A model generated the notes under the pieces. That model worked only from the letters and a program-made list of their open reading frames with translations. It ran no database searches and was not told the DNA's origin. Below are positions 24,576 through 37,450 of a stretch of 64,000 nucleotides of DNA, one piece after another (position 1 is the stretch's first letter; the number at the start of each line of letters is the position of its first letter). Both the position numbers and the translations under genes were made by a program. Source of the stretch: Isurus oxyrinchus (lineage: Eukaryota); NCBI GenBank assembly GCA_026770705.1, contig JANJGN010000007.1:108686001-108750000 (forward strand). Direction: 5' to 3'.

Positions 24576-24748
24576 ATCAAGAGTTCAAATCTCACAATGG
24601 CAAACTATGAAACACTAACTTCATCTGAAACAGATGGGAACGGGTTTGTACTCGAAAGAAATCAAGAGTTCAAATCTCACAATGGCAAGCTATGAAACAA
24701 TGTAACTTCATCTGAAACAGATGGAAACAGGTTTGTACTCGAAAGAGT
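24576..24748 (+). mobile_element. Two tandem copies of the SINE 3' half (24576-24660 and 24661-24748)
   Basis: Both begin ATCAAGAGTTCAAATCTCACAATGGCA (B box) and end GTTTGTACTCGAAAGA. They differ by ~4 substitutions and a 2-nt indel. Followed by TACATAAACAATT (24749-24761). Confidence 0.88.
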
Positions 24749-26429
24749 TACATAAACAATTATGTTCTCCGCATTATCAGGTCAGCAGTGGGACTGCTTG
24801 CCAATGATTGCACAGTGATCAGTTTTACTTGCAATTTCTCAAGTGTAGTTCATGTCTGCACATGCAAGATCTTGGACAATATCTAAGATTTGGCCGATAA
24901 TTTACAAGATTCATGCCATACAAGATCCAGGTAATCACCATCTCCAATATAATGGAGCCTAGCCAGTTCTCTTTGACTGGTAACCGAATTACAGTTGCAA
25001 AATTCACCACCGTCTTTGATCTGGAGGTAACCAGTGATTGCAACATGAACTGGAACAGCCATAATTGCTGTGGCCACGAAAGCATGTCAGAGACTGAGTA
25101 TTGTGCAGTGCCTAGCTCACCTCACGACTCCCCAAAGCTTCTATACCACTAAAAGGTGCAAGTCAGGAGCGTGATGGAAAATCCCCCACTTTTCTGGAAA
25201 GGTGCATCTGCAACAACATTGCAAAAATATACTTGGAGCTGTTCAAGAGACAGTTTGATTGAGCTCTGTATAACCTACTGGACTAAATATCTAACTTGAA
25301 ATAATTATCTCCAGGCGATAGTTATGAAGAAGTTTGAAAGCTTCAGATGTGTAGTACAAAGCACTTATATTAAAATGGAAACTGCAGCTGTTTTCCTTTT
25401 TGATGGATTGCAGTTAATTAAAACAATACAGCGAAGTATATTCTGACGTTTAACGCTTTCGCCGCAGGAAGAGCAGTTAAAATGAAAGTTTATTCTGGTA
25501 TCCTCTAATGGGAACTTCTGCTTTATCATAAAATCTCTTGAGAAGGAGCTGCTGTGCAATTTTTTTATTATTCGTTCTTCGCTAGTAAAGCCAACATGAT
25601 TTACACATGGCTAGTTTCCTGACAATGTGATGGTGCGTCTTTTTGAACCACTGGAATAGTAAATAGAAAATGGGACAATACCAAAATCAGCAGTTGTTGG
25701 CAGGCAGGTGAATTGCACCCATGTGACAAGGAGCCACTAGAAATGTAATGGGGCAATCTTCAATTTCCACTTGAGAAAGGGAAATATCTTTAGGCTCAGG
25801 CCTCATGCCAGTGGTGAGCTGCAGGTACCAAACAGTAAAATTGCTGCAGCTCGCCAGTTGCAAAACGGTAGGAAATCGGCCAGTTCCTATGCTAAGCACG
25901 AAGAGGTGAAGAAAATCTCAGGGGCCAGAGGTTGGTACTCACATAGCCAGACAAGGAACAGAATACTTTGGGTACAGGAAGTGCAAGCCTACTCTTCATG
26001 GGCTCACAAAAATAAAGATTAGAGATTTGTTGCATCGCATTTTCAGTGGCCTCCAATGGATAGTTAAAGGTTGGTCAACACATATAATGTGCATGTAGAG
26101 TGTCAGTGATGCCACACAATCAATTGCCTCACAAAATTACAACTGGGATTTTCAGTTTGGTGCAGGACCTTACTTCGCAAAGTCAGGAAACCTCTGAAAA
26201 CAGACAAGGCACCTGCTCAGCCATTTACAAGCCTACCTGAAAATTGAATCAGTTGCTGGTGTGCCTCTCGCAATTTCCATGTGAGAAACAGGCAGCTGAA
26301 AACCATTCCCAATATTTACACATGGGCAAAGCATAAGCACTTTTACACTAACACCAGCAGCTCTAATGTTGGAACTCGAAGCCTTTGCAAGTAACAAATG
26401 AATAGCTGCTAGGTAGGCAGTTGGGTTAT

Positions 26430-27478
26430 ACCTATCACCAAGAAAGATGCTTGTCCTTGTTGGAGATCAATCATCTCAGTTCCAGGACATCACTGCAGGA
26501 CTTCCTTAGGGTAGTGTCCTGGGACCAACCATCTTCAGCTGCTTCAGCAATTACCTTCCTTCCATCATAAGGTCAAAAATGGGGATTTTTGTTGATTGTT
26601 GTACAACGTTCAGCAGCACTCGCTACTCGTGAGATACTGAAACAGTGCATGCCCAAATGCAACAAGTCTTGGACAATATCCAGGCTTGGGCTGACAAGTG
26701 GCAAGTAACATTCGTGCCACACAAGTACCAGGCAATGACCATCTTCAACAATACAGAATCTATTTCCCCTTGACATTCAATGGCATTACCATTGCTGAAT
26801 CCCCCAATATTAACATCCTTTGGGTTTCTATTGATCATAAACTGAACTGGACTAGCCATATAAGTACTGTGACTACATCAGCATGTTGGAGGCTAGGAAT
26901 CCTGCGGTGAGTAACTCACCTTCTGACTCCTTAAAGTGAGCCCACATTCTACAAGGCACAGGTCATGAGTGTGATGGAATACTCCCCACTTGCCTGGATG
27001 TTTGCAACTCAAACAACACTCAAGATGCTTGACAGCATCCAGGACAATGCATCCCGCTTGAATGGCACTCCATACGCAAACATTCACTCCCTCCACAAAT
27101 GGAACAAGATGGCAGCAGTGTGAGCCATTCACAAGATACAATGCAGGAATTCACTGAGCCTCCATTGACAGTACTTTCCAAGTCCATCATCGCTGTTAAT
27201 TAGGACAAGTGCATGGGAACATGGAAACACCACACTTTTAGTCTCCCCTCCAAGCCAGTCACCACCCTGACTTTGAAATAAATCACCATTCCTTCACTAT
27301 TGCTAGGTCAAAATCCTGGAAATCCCTACCTAACAGCACTGTGGGTGTGCCTACATATCATGAACTGCAGCAGTTCAAGAAGGCAGGTCACCACCCCCTT
27401 CTCAAGAGCAATTCGGGATGGGCAATATATGCTGGCCTAGCTAGTAACACCCACATCCTTTGAATTAATTTTAAAAAT
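26430..27478 (+). mobile_element. LINE family B 3' fragment
   Basis: Colinear with 7240-8236; tail ctcaagagcaattcgggatgggcaatatatgctggcctagc. Confidence 0.88.
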
Positions 27479-28728
27479 GACAATCTACAGGCAGAAATTT
27501 AAGCCCCTCTACTGGCGGCTTAGCAGGCGAGGTTTGGCATGTAAAATTCCCTGGATGGCCTGTCTATCACCCTGACCTGTCCACCATTTTACAAGGTTGG
27601 TTAAGGCCTAAGCTATACCAGCCACCTTTGCTGCAATTGATTCCTAAGTGTGCAATTAATGACCTCTTATGGGCCATTTCCCACTAAGCCTCAATTTTGA
27701 GGCTAGCAGGAGGAACTCAGGGACAGGAGGGATGCCAGGCACGCCACCCTGCTCAGACATCTGGTGGGAAGGGGGAAGTGCCTCCTTCAACAGCCTCCTT
27801 TCCACATCAGGCCCTCCCCCTTGCCCTATGCCAAGGTTTGCCCACTGCTCTCTCACCGTTCTGGCATCTCCATTAAGACACCTACGTATCTCTCCCCAAT
27901 GCTCCAGGCCTCACCTCTCCAACCTGCTGTAACCAACTGTCCAGTATTTTAAGGGGCTGTCCCTTATTTTGTCTGTTTATCCCATGTCCCTTAAGGAACA
28001 CATTTTGTCCTTTAAATCTAGGATAGCCTGTGAGTTACTCAACCTGGGGATCTCCTCTTTGCCTGTCAGTTTTCTTCTCTGAGCATACGCCCATCACTGC
28101 CCACACCCTGCCTGCGTTCTTATGGTGACCAGAAGCCCCCACCCCAAGTCCTCAGATTCAAAGAGTACCTTAATTTATTTCATAAGATTTATCACATTGA
28201 CATGTAACCAAATACATTTACCTGGCCCTAGATTCCAGGGCCAGAATTTTCCCATTGGCATGCAGGGGGCAGGCCCCATATGACCACGTGTAAAATGATG
28301 AGTGGTCAAGTCGGGAGAGAATTCAGACGTCACCATGCGCCATCTCGATATCTCATTGGGCGGGCGCCTTCCGATGTGTGTCCGCCATTAATTATAGGGT
28401 CAATTTAGGCCCTTGAACTGTGAATGGACGGTGATTTTTCCGTGCCCGTGGAATCTTTGGGTCGGCGCATGGGCGCAATGCATTGGCCGGTAGGACCCAT
28501 TTGTAGAAACCTTATCCACGTGCGGGATAAGAGGGTTCAGTTGGGTCGCAAGTGTGCTCTGTCAAATATTGGTTTTTCAAAGTTACTGATATTTTCTAGT
28601 GTGATCTGCAATACCTCAATACACATACCAGCTGCTTTGTCTGGACTCATAACCTTCATGTCAGCACTCTGTCATGTGGAATCATTTTTGGGCCTGCAGG
28701 TTTCAGGGAGCCTTCTGTTAGCTTGTGA

Positions 28729-29800
28729 ATGGGAGCTGAACTCTGCACTGGAGTCACCTTCTTTGAGGAGGAAAGGAGGGCTAGAAGGGGGAAGAGGCCC
28801 AGAGTGTACATTCAGACTCCAGCAGAGCCTCCTTTGGGAGGATAGGTGCAGGCACAAGGGGTGCAGGACCAAGAAGTAGTCCAAGGCGGAAGGGGCCGCA
28901 GAAAATGCCACCATCCTGCTGCCAGGTTATACAGGCAGTGAAGCAGCTACGTCAATATGTCTGAGGTGCAGTGCTGAAGGAGGCTCTGTCCCTCAAGGCA
29001 GACAGTCAACTATATCTGTTAGATTATTGGGCCTGAGATCCCCATGAATTGTGTGGGTGAACACCTCATGCCAGTGGCTCTAAAGGTCACAACTGCCCTG
29101 AACTTCTATGCCTGTGTCTCCTTCCAGGAGTTGGCAGGTGATCTTTGCGGTGTCTCCTAATCAGCTGTCCACACTTCTGTTTAGGGGGTTGCTCACGCTC
29201 TGTTCAGGCGAGCATTGACCTTCATCCAATATCTCCAGGACCAGGTCAGCCAGAGGCTTGTCGGCGATTGCTTGGTTCTCCCGCATTCAGGGTGCAACAG
29301 ACTGAGCACATGTGTCCATCAAGGCACCAGCTGGTGAGCCCAGTGACTTCGTGAAAAGAAAGGGCTCCCCCTCCATGAACATGCAGCTCATGTGTGATCA
29401 CAGGATGCTGATTCTAGAAGTCTGTCCAAGACACCCAGGCATCTCCCATAATGTCTACATCCTTAGACACTCCCAGGTGTTAGGTTTCTTCAGTGCTCCA
29501 GCCCGGCTTGATGGATGCCTCCGGTGCCTGGGCTGTTGAGGGGGCCCACTCCAGTACCCCCCAGATCGACTGTCGCTGATAGTGGTTGCATGCTGCAATC
29601 TCCAAAATCTTGCGCTGGAAATGGGGGACACTGTGGACGATGAAGACATAGAGGGTGTGGCTGCACGATGTGTCCAGTAGTGAGTCCGAGGATGATCAGG
29701 CACAGGGATGTGCTGATGGGGGACACATTGACTCAGGCATACAGCATGGAGGCAGGGACCACAGGGAGGCTTTAATCCTACGACCCATCAACCAGCAAAC
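28729..29800 (+). pseudogene. Harbinger (HARBI1-like) DDE transposase, disrupted and internally deleted
   Basis: MPVALKVTTALNFYA..FQ..GDLCGVS; HVSIKAP..FVKRKGSPSMNMQLMCDHRMLILEVCPRHPGISHNVYILRHSQV; multiple stops and frameshifts. Confidence 0.85.
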
Positions 29801-30149
29801 CACGTATTGACCTCCAGGACAAGTCTGGGCTGCAGGCTCCATACTCGATACCTAAGTGCAAAATCTGCTTGATTAGGGACATTAACTAAGGGCCTTGTTA
29901 ATAGAGCTGAATGTCCCACAAAACACTCATAGCATTTTTAGACACCATCCACCTGTGGAAAAAAAGGTACCCTCAGCCGTGGTTACGTGTCTGAATTTAA
30001 CAGTACAACCAAAGGAATGTAACAAAACAAAATGACAGAGATGTTAAAATTCACACCAACTCCTAAGGACCTCATTGTTGGCCCACGCATAAACACCAGT
30101 GATAAAATCTTGGTGTACCGAAGGTGACATTTGTTTATGTTTTCGGGTG

Positions 30150-32428
30150 CTATGTCTTGGTGCTGACCCCCTCGCTGGGAGTGGCATCTGAGACAGCCTG
30201 CTGACGCTACTATCCTGTTGGCCTCGATGACCTTGGTGGTCAGCCTCTGGCCCATGGAGCCTGTGCTGGCCCCGCATAGTAGGGTGCAGCCAGTCGCACA
30301 GCTGGCATCTCCCCAATCCTCGTAGCATTATTGGATGCAACAGTCACTGGCAGAGGGGCAGAGGAGCTGCTGCCCTCATCCGGAGTGCCATGAGAGAAAC
30401 CTACAGAGATGACAGGCAGCTGTTGCACTGACATGAGGTTGCTTTGGACTTCCCTGCTCACCATGGATGGGCGGGCACCGAGCTGGGAAACTTGGTGCCC
30501 AAAGCATTTCCCATATTGTCAATGGCCAGCTGAGATAAATGCCAATGTGAAGGCTTGCTGGTCCAAGTGCTTTCCCAGGAACCCTAATTGACCTCCTCGA
30601 GGTCTGTCTCCATGACACTCGCCACTCCCTCTGTGGAAGATGCATGGCGCTTGGCCATGAGACTCATTGCTTCAGCGATAGTCTGCGTAGACTCCTCCAC
30701 CATGGACATGAAGCCAAGCATAGCCTCATGTATCTCCACCAGATGCTCTCACACACCTGACCACATTTTCTGCATTTGCTGCATCACAGACGACTCCAGA
30801 GGCACATCCTCAGGCACCAAATGTGCATACATGCCTCCTCGTGGCATCCAAGCCTCGCAAACACCGGTGGAACTGGGCGCATGGCGCCTTTCCAAATCTA
30901 GGACTTCCTTATGCTCTGACTGCTAGTGCCATGGCACTCTTTGTCTCTGCCAGCTCCTCCAGTGGCTGTGAAGTGTCCACACCACTGTGCCGTGGAACAC
31001 AAGCTGATGTTCTAATTCTCACTGAGGTGCTAATATCTGCGCTAGTGACTGCCTGACAGAGATCGTGTGTTGCTGGTGATTCCGTTACTTCAGGGCCCTC
31101 AGGTGTGAGATGGGGCCCGGACTGCTTCTCCTCCCGGCCCTGCTCCACTTTTGCTGAAAGGAGGAACAAAGATATTGGATCAGTTAACGTGGAGACCATG
31201 TTAATGTGCATCCCTGTCCCTCGGATAATTATGCACTCATCCTCCCATAAGCAAGGGTCAAACCATGTTGCAAATTTCAATCATGAAACATTCAGCACTG
31301 CCATGGCTGTTAAGAGGACAATGAAGATCTCACTGCTGGGCAAACATACCTGCTCGTGGCACCCCAGCCTCACTGACACCATGGACCTGGGTGCATGGTG
31401 CATTTCCAAATCTAAGGCCTCCTGCTTGAAGGAGCTGAGAATCACCAACTGTGCTGGGCTGCCACCAGCCCTCACCCACTCGGTGACATTATGTGCATTC
31501 TTCTCCTGAAAAGGGGAGAAGAGCATTAAATATTGCTGCTTGTACATGGACTCCCTCGCGGACAGCCAACCCCAACCAGAGAGGGACATTGCAGGGCCCC
31601 AGTATCTTTTCACCCTGCTGCTGCTGAACACTCACAGAAAGCTCCTTGGTCTGTACCCCCTCCGCTGGCCTCCTTGGCCAAATGCTGCCCATGTCACATG
31701 AGGCACCACACAGTCTAACCTTCCATAGCAAAGAGTTGCAAGCACGTGGCGCACGAGGACAGCAGATCAACCGGTGCCACACCACCTTGAAGCTTCTTGC
31801 CCAGCATGTCATCATCCTGACTTTGACCTGTCCTGGAGTTTCAGCACTGCGCCTAGGCGGAGCTCCTCCAGCTTGTCCCCAAAACAGTAATGTGGTTTTC
31901 AGTGTACCACGTGCTGAGGGGGCAGAACCCATCTCTCCACCACCCTGTCAGGGTAAGCCCGGCATGGGCAATATCTGCTGGCCCACCCAGAAAAGGACAA
32001 TGCCATCAATGATTAAATGCAGTCACTGCACTCAGACTTGCTGGGATTGAGGGGAGGGGGGGAAGTGGGGGGGCACGCGGAGTGGGATGGGGGTGGTGGA
32101 GGGGCTCCAGGGTGGAAAGCCTACCTGCAGGGTTACGTGAACAATGCCATTAAGGTACTCACCATTCCTGAGTGCAACAGATCGATGAAATGCTTGTGAC
32201 TGTGGATCCAGGTGCGCCATTCCAGGTTGTGGGAGCTCACTATCTCCTCCCAGGCACGCTTCGTCATGTGGGGTGGGGCTTCCTTCTCCCATCTTTGGGT
32301 CCAAGGACCTCCTCGAGGAGGGCACCGAGGCAATCATCAGGAAAACAGGGGGCACAGTGCCCCCCTGCCCTACAACCCTGCCTGGCCTGCTCACCAGCAG
32401 CGCCCTGTGGAGCCTTTCCAGTAGCCAT
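30150..32428 (-). pseudogene. Harbinger accessory Myb/SANT-like DNA-binding protein gene (spliced, degenerate)
   Basis: APCFPDDCLGALLEEV...TKRAWEEIVSSHNLEWRTWIHSHKHFIDLL, then a gtgagt donor near 32160; next exon begins EKNAHN near 31506. Confidence 0.75.
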
Positions 32429-33929
32429 GATTCACAACCTTTGAAAGGCTGCAGCAACTTTTTAAAACAGGCCGCTGGGTCACCATTGGACCCGGCGGTC
32501 ATTTCAGTCCCCCTGCCGCCCGCCTACTCCTGCTGCCCTCAGGAGCCGCGATTTGCCCGCCCCTGTACAATGACTGCACTGATCTGATTTCGGGCGGCAA
32601 TCAGGTCCGTGCCTACCCGCTCCCGCTCTGCCCCCCCGACAGGCAGAAAATCTTGCCCCATGACTTTGAAATCTGGGGCAGCTTTTAATTCTAGTCTTGG
32701 CCACTACTGCTGCTGGCACCAGTGGGACTACAGACCTGCCAGCTAGAGGACCATTTCCCTAGTGATGTTTTGGAAACCCATTTCCAGTTAATTAATGCTC
32801 CTTTGAGCATTAAATGGCTGCGGGCCAGCCTGGATTGGCAGGGTGTAATTTTCAGATGGCAGAGCAGGAAATCTCACCATTTGAAAAAACCTGGCCAATG
32901 GTCTTCCTTTGTAACAATGAGTAGAATTTTCCAAGCCCCCTGGCAGCAGGCATGATAGGTGGTGTGCGTGGAAAATACGGCGGGACCCACTTCACGATGG
33001 CTTGAAGTTCGCAACATCGGATGGCGGGGAGCTAATTGTAATGCATTAACATATAATTAACAGGCCATCCCGCCAGGCTCTTGGAACCCTGCCACACCTA
33101 TCTACGTCGGTGGGAAAGCACACTGAAGTGTTTCAGAACATCACGCAGGGAATATCCACTTTGCGGCCCTCACTTTGGGGGACCTGAGGTGCGTGAGCTG
33201 TAGCATTCTCCACAGCTCAGCGGTTGTTTACAGGCCTCAGGGGCGCGGGGCCGGGAGGTGGGGGAAACTGTTGCCTGGCCCCGCAGGCTGCTGCTGAGGG
33301 GTGGTGGTGTCTAGAGGCAGGTGCTGATCAGCCTTGGAGGTGACTGCTTAGGGGAGGGGGTCAAGTGCTGCACTGGCACAGCATTCTGCACAGTGGTTGG
33401 TGGCAGGGTAAGCGAGGGAAGTGGCCACACATTAGGGAGACCTGTATAAAATGACCATGCTACTGCAACTTAGACAGATCAGGCGCAGCCTGATTGGAGC
33501 CAAGTTCCTAGCCTGCCCAAACATGCAAGCAACATGGAGGCATGAACGGGCCACCTAGCACTCCATACCTTACCGTCCACCCCCTGCCTGCTAACCCCCC
33601 ACCACAGGCTTTGAGCCAGTAAAGCCACCACTAAATTGGACCGCAGAGCAGTTGGACTGCAAACGCTGTACAATCTTCTTGGCAATGCTTGCCATGCAGC
33701 AATCACTTGTGGAGGCACTCACGGCCCATTGTAATCTCTGCACCCTGGTTTGGACCAGTGCCACCTATCGCAGGTTGATGGGGCTCACACATCCCTGGCC
33801 ATCTGAGGGGTAAACAGCACCCTCTGGAAACCATTAGGGGGTGGCCTCATATGGCCAGGAAAGGTGCTAAGTACAGCCATGATAACCACATCTCTCTCTC
33901 TTTTGTGTTGCATGTGGGCCACGTCAGGA

Positions 33930-35165
33930 TCATGCATCTGTTGCCCTAGCTGCATACCTGATGGCCTACAAAGGTTGTAGAAGACAGTGATGAGAGCGAA
34001 TGGGGCACCTGGCTGTGTAAAGGCAGGAGCAGCAGCCTCATGAAGAAGGGGCAGCAAACTGCCCAAGATTGACAGTGAGTCTTGGTTGGTCGGTGTCTAG
34101 AGACACATAGGGTCTGTAGCCATCTGCCATTCCTGCAGATGACTGAGAGCCTGTGTCGTCGACGGCTGAGCATGTCTAGGGACCTGGTGGCTCACACTTG
34201 TCACTTACTGCAGGACTTGGCTCCAAGGGGACTTGGAAGGCATCCACTGCCAGTGGCTGTGAAAGTGGATGTGGCGTTCAATTTCTCTGCCAGTGGCCCC
34301 TTTCAGCATTCTATAAGTGACCTCTGTGGGATTTCACAATCTGCCACCACAAAAATTCATCCATGAGTTCACGGAGTGCATCTTGTCCATGGCACACAAC
34401 TTTGTACATTTTGCCCGGGACTGGGACAGCCAGAATGCAAAGGCCATTGGATTTGCCATGATCTTTGAATTCCCATGGTTGCAGGGTGCGAATGACTGCA
34501 CTCATGTGGTGTGCAGGTCTCTATCACTACACTCAGTGGGTTTAATCAACCACAAGGGCTTCCACTCACTGAATGTGCAGCTGGTACGTGACCACCAGAA
34601 ACACATCCTGCAGATCTGCGCACGGTTTCTAGGGAGTGTGCATGATGCCTACATCCTAAGTTGCTCGCAGATCTCTGCAGTCTTCTAAGGTCCACAGCAG
34701 CTGCAGAATTGGCTCCTTGGTGAAAAGGGCTACATACAGATGCCATGGCTTATGACATCCATGCAGCGGCCTCAGACTGTAATAGAGCGAGGCTATAATG
34801 AGGCTCATGCAGCAGCTTTATTTGGTTGGAGCAGACCATCGGGATGCTGAAGATGTGATTCTGGTGACTGGACCGGTCTGCTGGAACCCTGCAATACAGT
34901 CCGCAGAGGGTATCACGCCTTGTTGTTGCCTGCTTTGCCCTTTACAAATTGGCCCTGCAATGGGGTAAGGAGCTGGCTGTGGAGGAGATGGAGGAACTGT
35001 AGGTTTTCTTCAATGAGGAGGACACTGACGGGGATGAGAGTGAGTGGGCCCTCGGTCATGATGACGATGGGGATGAAGCTCTCACCCTGGCTAGATGAGG
35101 CAGGTGCTCTAGGGAAGCCCTCACAGCTGCCAGCTTTGTGGAGGACGATGGCAAAATGCAGTGAG
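33930..35165 (+). pseudogene. Harbinger DDE transposase pseudogene
   Basis: [43 protein letters not shown]; LQGANDCTHV..NHKGFHSLNVQLVRD..ARFLGSVHDAYIL; WLLGEKGY..PWLMT; EQTIGMLK; acidic tail. Confidence 0.9.
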
Positions 35166-35727
35166 GTGTCCTCGTAGGTCCTCACATCGCAGTCGTGAAT
35201 GTTTGACTCCAGTCTATCTTTTTGCAGCGCCAATACCCTCAATGAGAATGCTCTTGTCATGGAAATGAGTGAAGGCCCTAATTGTCGCTCGATCGCAGGG
35301 GGATAATGACAACATGCATTGAGGACATTCCTTAGATCTTCACATGGCCTCTGAGAATGTCTGACTCCTGTCTAGCCAAGAGCAGCTCACTTGCACTCCA
35401 TGATCAGGAACAAATAAGACTTGGCTTGCACAGAGTGAGAGGAGAAAATGTGGCTGTCATTGGTGAAATAGATGAAGAAACAGATTCTGCAAGAGATTTG
35501 GGAAATATCAGAGCTGAACCTTGAAATTCTGTGGTACACTGAACCACGAAAGGACTTTATGAATGCATGGGTGTTATTGAGGAGAGTGGGAAACTTTTAC
35601 GGCAGTGCATGTAGGAAATTTGATGTCCGAAGGATGAAATAATATTTCTGATTTGAATATTTTTATGCCTTTGTAGTTTTGAATATGTGCATAAATATTT
35701 TTTAAAACTTGAGCAAAATGTTTAATT

Positions 35728-37447
35728 CTCTGGAAGAGATTGGCAGGATTGGACTTCAGGGTGGTCCTCTCGGCTAATGCCGGTGACATGCTTTTCATAT
35801 TCACTGACCTGGCTGAGCTGTGGAGGATGCACGAGTACCAGGAGGTTCACTCTGCCACGTCCTCTGCCAGTAGCAACTGGGGCAAATATTCTGGATTCCT
35901 GGTTGGTCAGCGGTAGATGGATCCCTGCCCGAAGAGATCAGGCCTTGCACCTGGAGCAGGACCAGCCTCATCAACCTACATGTCCATCCCTGCCTTGCTC
36001 AGGAATCCTGGTCTGCGCAATGGCAGTAGCTGGACACCAAAGTCACCATTCACCTGCAGTGCTGGACAGGCTTGCTCCAAATGCTTTCTTACCGGAGCTG
36101 AGTTCTGGTCATAAACCAGCTGGTTGCCACTGTGCTGTGGTACTGGCTGGACATATTGGCCCCGCCCCCAGACATTGTCACGAAAACCCAGGGAATGCTC
36201 GTCGACTTCTTCTGGAGCAAAGGCTGCTGAGGTTCTGTGCCTCCCACTTAGGGAGGGCGGTCAGGCGTTGGTCAGTGTGAGCACCAGGTGGCGACTTTCC
36301 ACATTCAAGCCCTGCAGTGATACCTTTATGTCGAGCCCACACTAAGATGATGTGCCCTGGTGACGTATTTCTTCCATCAGGTGAAGGCCTGAATTATGAC
36401 ATGCAGCTCCTGTTTGTGGACTAGAGGGCCTTTGTGGCTCCTTGCAGGCGTTGCCCATCTTTTAACAGTACTTGATCAAAGTCTGGAACATGGTCACCTC
36501 GTAACACAGCTGTGCCATTAGGTGTAGAGCCTATCGTCAGAGAGCCGCTTCTCAAGAATCCACCCTCTGACCTTTTCAGTGGCTGGCAGAGAGAAGGGGT
36601 GTGGCTGTCAGGGTGACCAGAATCAGGGACATTCTGGGTGGCGGAGGTCTGGGCCGAACGCTTCCATAGGAGCATCGTGCTTCCGGCTCGTGGCCAATGC
36701 CATTCATGACCTAAGGGCAGCCGTGTTTGGCCCCAATGTCATCCTGGCTCTCCAAGTGGCCCAGGTGTGTGGTGCTCTTCTGTCTATGCATACCCCTTTT
36801 TGGATGGAATTCCACATTGGCCTCAAGCCCCGAACGCTCCTTCGGGAGCTGGTGCCCTGCAACCTGTGTTGCCTCATGGAAATACCCTTCATGACCTTTA
36901 GCACGGTGCAGAGTGGTTTCCTGTATGGACTGCTGCTGCACACTTTTCACTGATTTGCCCTCACCTGTTGCTCGGAAACGTCCTTTCATGCCTTGTTGCC
37001 GTCAGGAAGTGGAGTCTCACAGTTGAGGTTCTCTACAGGGGTGTCTTCCTGCTTTCCATCAGGGAACTAGGGTGGAGGGTGTTGAATGCAGCAGTCTCAT
37101 ACAGCAGCAGGTTGTGTCAGTTCACGGGCTCCCAAGACACCTGCATCTTTTATGGCCTTGTGGGTCCATGAACTATGTATATATAAGGCTCTGTAGGCGG
37201 CACCATTTTCAGTTTCCTGAAAAAACTTTTACTGTTGTTTTGTTTGCACTTCAGTCCCAAGCTCCTGATTTACGGGCACACATTGCAGGAGGAAGGAGGA
37301 CATCCTTGTAAACCTGCTCCTGGGCCTGGCCAAGTTGGCCATTATACCTTTGTCTTTAATTTTTTACATTTTCCCTAATTTGGGGAGATGTATTTATTTT
37401 GTCCTCAATTTTGTTAATTTATTTTATTTGGTTGACTCAAAAGTGTT
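35728..37447 (+). mobile_element. Old 5'-truncated Tx1 copy A (3' part of ORF2 plus 3' UTR)
   Basis: Colinear with 22590-24270 of the young element; T-rich tail ending TTGGTTGACTCAAAAGTGTT. Confidence 0.88.
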
Positions 37448-37450
37448 AAT

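Larger units (their letters stand above)
17320..25240 (+). mobile_element. Old LINE family B copy split by the SINE/Tx1 composite (17320-17506 and 24762-25240)
   Basis: Removing the insert restores colinearity with the copies at 7150-7800 and 26440-27020. Confidence 0.75.
28239..32658 (+). mobile_element. Decayed autonomous-type PIF/Harbinger DNA transposon 1
   Basis: Imperfect TIRs GGCCAGAATTTTC / GAAAATCTTGCCC with CAG/CAT flanks; convergent transposase (+) and Myb/SANT-like (-) genes. Confidence 0.82.

Noticed and set aside
24576-24748. CRISPR-like or satellite array
   Set aside because: Only two near-identical units with no unique spacers, in a vertebrate context; explained by target duplication/transduction.
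33930-35165. Host domesticated HARBI1 gene
   Set aside because: Multiple stops and frameshifts, with TIR and Myb-partner context, indicate a dead transposon copy.
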